A stretch of 64,000 bases of DNA from a virus (lineage: Duplodnaviria > Caudoviricetes). A program made the position numbers and the translations under genes. This document shows positions 62,833-64,000 of this stretch, piece after piece. The notes below the pieces were generated by a model. That model was given only the letters and a program-made list of their open reading frames with translations. It was not told the origin of the DNA and did not search any database. The DNA lies in the IMG/VR virus record IMGVR_UViG_3300021958_010858, positions 2,982 through 66,981 of that record. One strand, 5' to 3'. The first letter of the stretch is position 1, and every line of letters begins with the position of its first letter.

Positions 62833-63467
62833 ATAATTATTAAGTTTGGTGTGTTGTTTATTTTTTCGTCTAAGCTAGAATAAATTTCAACAAATTTTTC
62901 TTTTTGCGCTTCTGTTAGTGTGTCAAACGAAGAATTTCTTTGTTTGAGCGGAGGAAACTTATTTATTTCTAGTCTGGAGATTTCTAGAAAATCAAAAATT
63001 TGATCCAGATAGTGCCATAGATACGGAAACTTAATAATTAATCTCTTGTAACCCCTTTCGTTTTTGTGATTTGTCCAATTCTCAAACTGATCATAAAAAC
63101 AGAAGGAATCTTCTCCGTGTTCTAGAAAGGCTTCTAAATTATTTTCGTGCGCAGGCCTGTATCCGCTTATAGCTTTTGCATGTCCTGCCGCTATTCTTCT
63201 TCTAAATAAGCTTGGGATAATATTGTATGGAGTGTCTGTTATAAACACAGCGTTTTTTATTGTGTTTTGATTAGGTAAATAAGGATCTACTTGTCTTGGT
63301 GGATCTATTCTGTGCTTTAGTCCTTTTGGATTTGCTCCAGGGCCTTTTTGAGGTAGGCCTTCTGAGTTAAGGTAACAGTTTACTTTTATTCTTCTGGCGA
63401 ACCAATGTATGAAGCTCGTTGAGCCCGTTCCTCCCATCGAGGAAATGATGCTCATATTTTGGTTCAT
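62829..63467 (-). CDS. possible sulfotransferase-like protein
   Basis: SMGGTGSTSF P-loop-like N-terminus; glycan-cluster context. Confidence 0.45.
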   Translation of the reverse strand: MNQNMSIISSMGGTGSTSFIHWFARRIKVNCYLNSEGLPQKGPGANPKGLKHRIDPPRQVDPYLPNQNTIKNAVFITDTPYNIIPSLFRRRIAAGHAKAISGYRPAHENNLEAFLEHGEDSFCFYDQFENWTNHKNERGYKRLIIKFPYLWHYLDQIFDFLEISRLEINKFPPLKQRNSSFDTLTEAQKEKFVEIYSSLDEKINNTPNLIII

Positions 63468-64000
63468 TTTATAATGATGTCGTTACATCTCTTTTCTTTT
63501 GTTGTACAAAGCCAGTGCGGATGATTACCTTCTTCAAAATCGAATTCCGTTTCTTGTTTGTATGTTTCTTTTGAGGCATACAAAACTTTTTTGTGCAAGC
63601 GTGGTGCGAAAATTTTTGCTGGAACCTCTCTTTGTTGGGAGAGAAAAGATGCCCACCAACTAAACGAAGAGTTTGCCCTGAAGATTGTTCTTGCAAAATA
63701 TAATTTCAAGAAGTCTTCAAACCAGTCAAAAATTTCTTTTGGGTCGTAGTTCGCTCCCTCTGGATACCTCCATCCGAAATTCTTTGATGGTTTTTTTACT
63801 TTCCATTTTCCTGTCCAGTCATCGCTAGTCCATAATACTTGCTTATTGTCGTAGCCGAACTTTTTAAAGGCTTTTTCGTAAGATTCTTTGCTTACTACTG
63901 AATACCCTCCGTTTTGTTTATAATTTACGTTAGAGATGTCGTCCCTTCTGAGATGCGCAATATCATACGTTCCTTGTTTGTCTTCGAGCCTTTTGTATAA
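63464..64000 (-). CDS. GT11-like alpha-1,2-fucosyltransferase, 5' end outside the window
   Basis: frame open from 64000 by manual translation; AHLRRDD and ANSSFSWWASFL. Confidence 0.75.
   Translation of the reverse strand, partial: LYKRLEDKQGTYDIAHLRRDDISNVNYKQNGGYSVVSKESYEKAFKKFGYDNKQVLWTSDDWTGKWKVKKPSKNFGWRYPEGANYDPKEIFDWFEDFLKLYFARTIFRANSSFSWWASFLSQQREVPAKIFAPRLHKKVLYASKETYKQETEFDFEEGNHPHWLCTTKEKRCNDIIIK

Noticed and set aside
453-63749. Most other plus-strand ORFs in the track
   Set aside because: They lie antisense to well-supported minus-strand genes and have F/L/S-rich shadow composition.
1-64000. Stop-codon reassignment (alternative genetic code)
   Set aside because: The standard code gives near-complete tiling with full-length conserved enzymes, and TAA, TAG and TGA all end genes at expected positions.
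1-64000. CRISPR array, IS element, integrase or rRNA
   Set aside because: No regularly spaced repeats, transposase or integrase motifs, or rRNA-like sequence were seen.
1-64000. Eukaryotic giant virus origin suggested by the glycosylation genes
   Set aside because: Sigma70 factor, tmRNA, DnaE/DnaG/DnaB and -35/-10 promoters point to a bacterial host.

Overview
AT-rich, gene-dense 64 kb window with nearly all genes on the minus strand. It fits best a segment of a large (jumbo-type) dsDNA bacteriophage of an aquatic PVC-superphylum host, probably Verrucomicrobia-like. This is an inference, because no capsid, terminase or tail genes lie in the window. Content in order: (1) 0-14.6 kb: array of small ORFs with a macro domain, RuvB, pyrophosphatase, a Holliday-junction-resolvase-like nuclease, dUTPase, dCMP deaminase, a divergent sigma70-family factor, a ~475-nt structured non-coding transcription unit (9.2-9.7 kb) and a tmRNA with an unusually long 41-codon tag. 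(2) 14.7-23.6 kb: glycan biosynthesis island. (3) 24-30.9 kb: envelope operon with DUF1501, DUF1549/DUF1553, a vWA protein and a hidden Cys-rich peptide. (4) 30.9-46 kb: rhamnose enzymes, Hsp20 with a sigma54-like promoter, a second glycan island, a QueF lacking its catalytic Cys, and tRNA-Thr. (5) 46-59.7 kb: guaC, clpC and a bacterial-type replisome (split DnaE with separate PHP and exonuclease genes, RecB-like nuclease, DnaG, DnaB). (6) 59.7-64 kb: third glycan island. Family calls come from motif recognition by eye; no database search was run.
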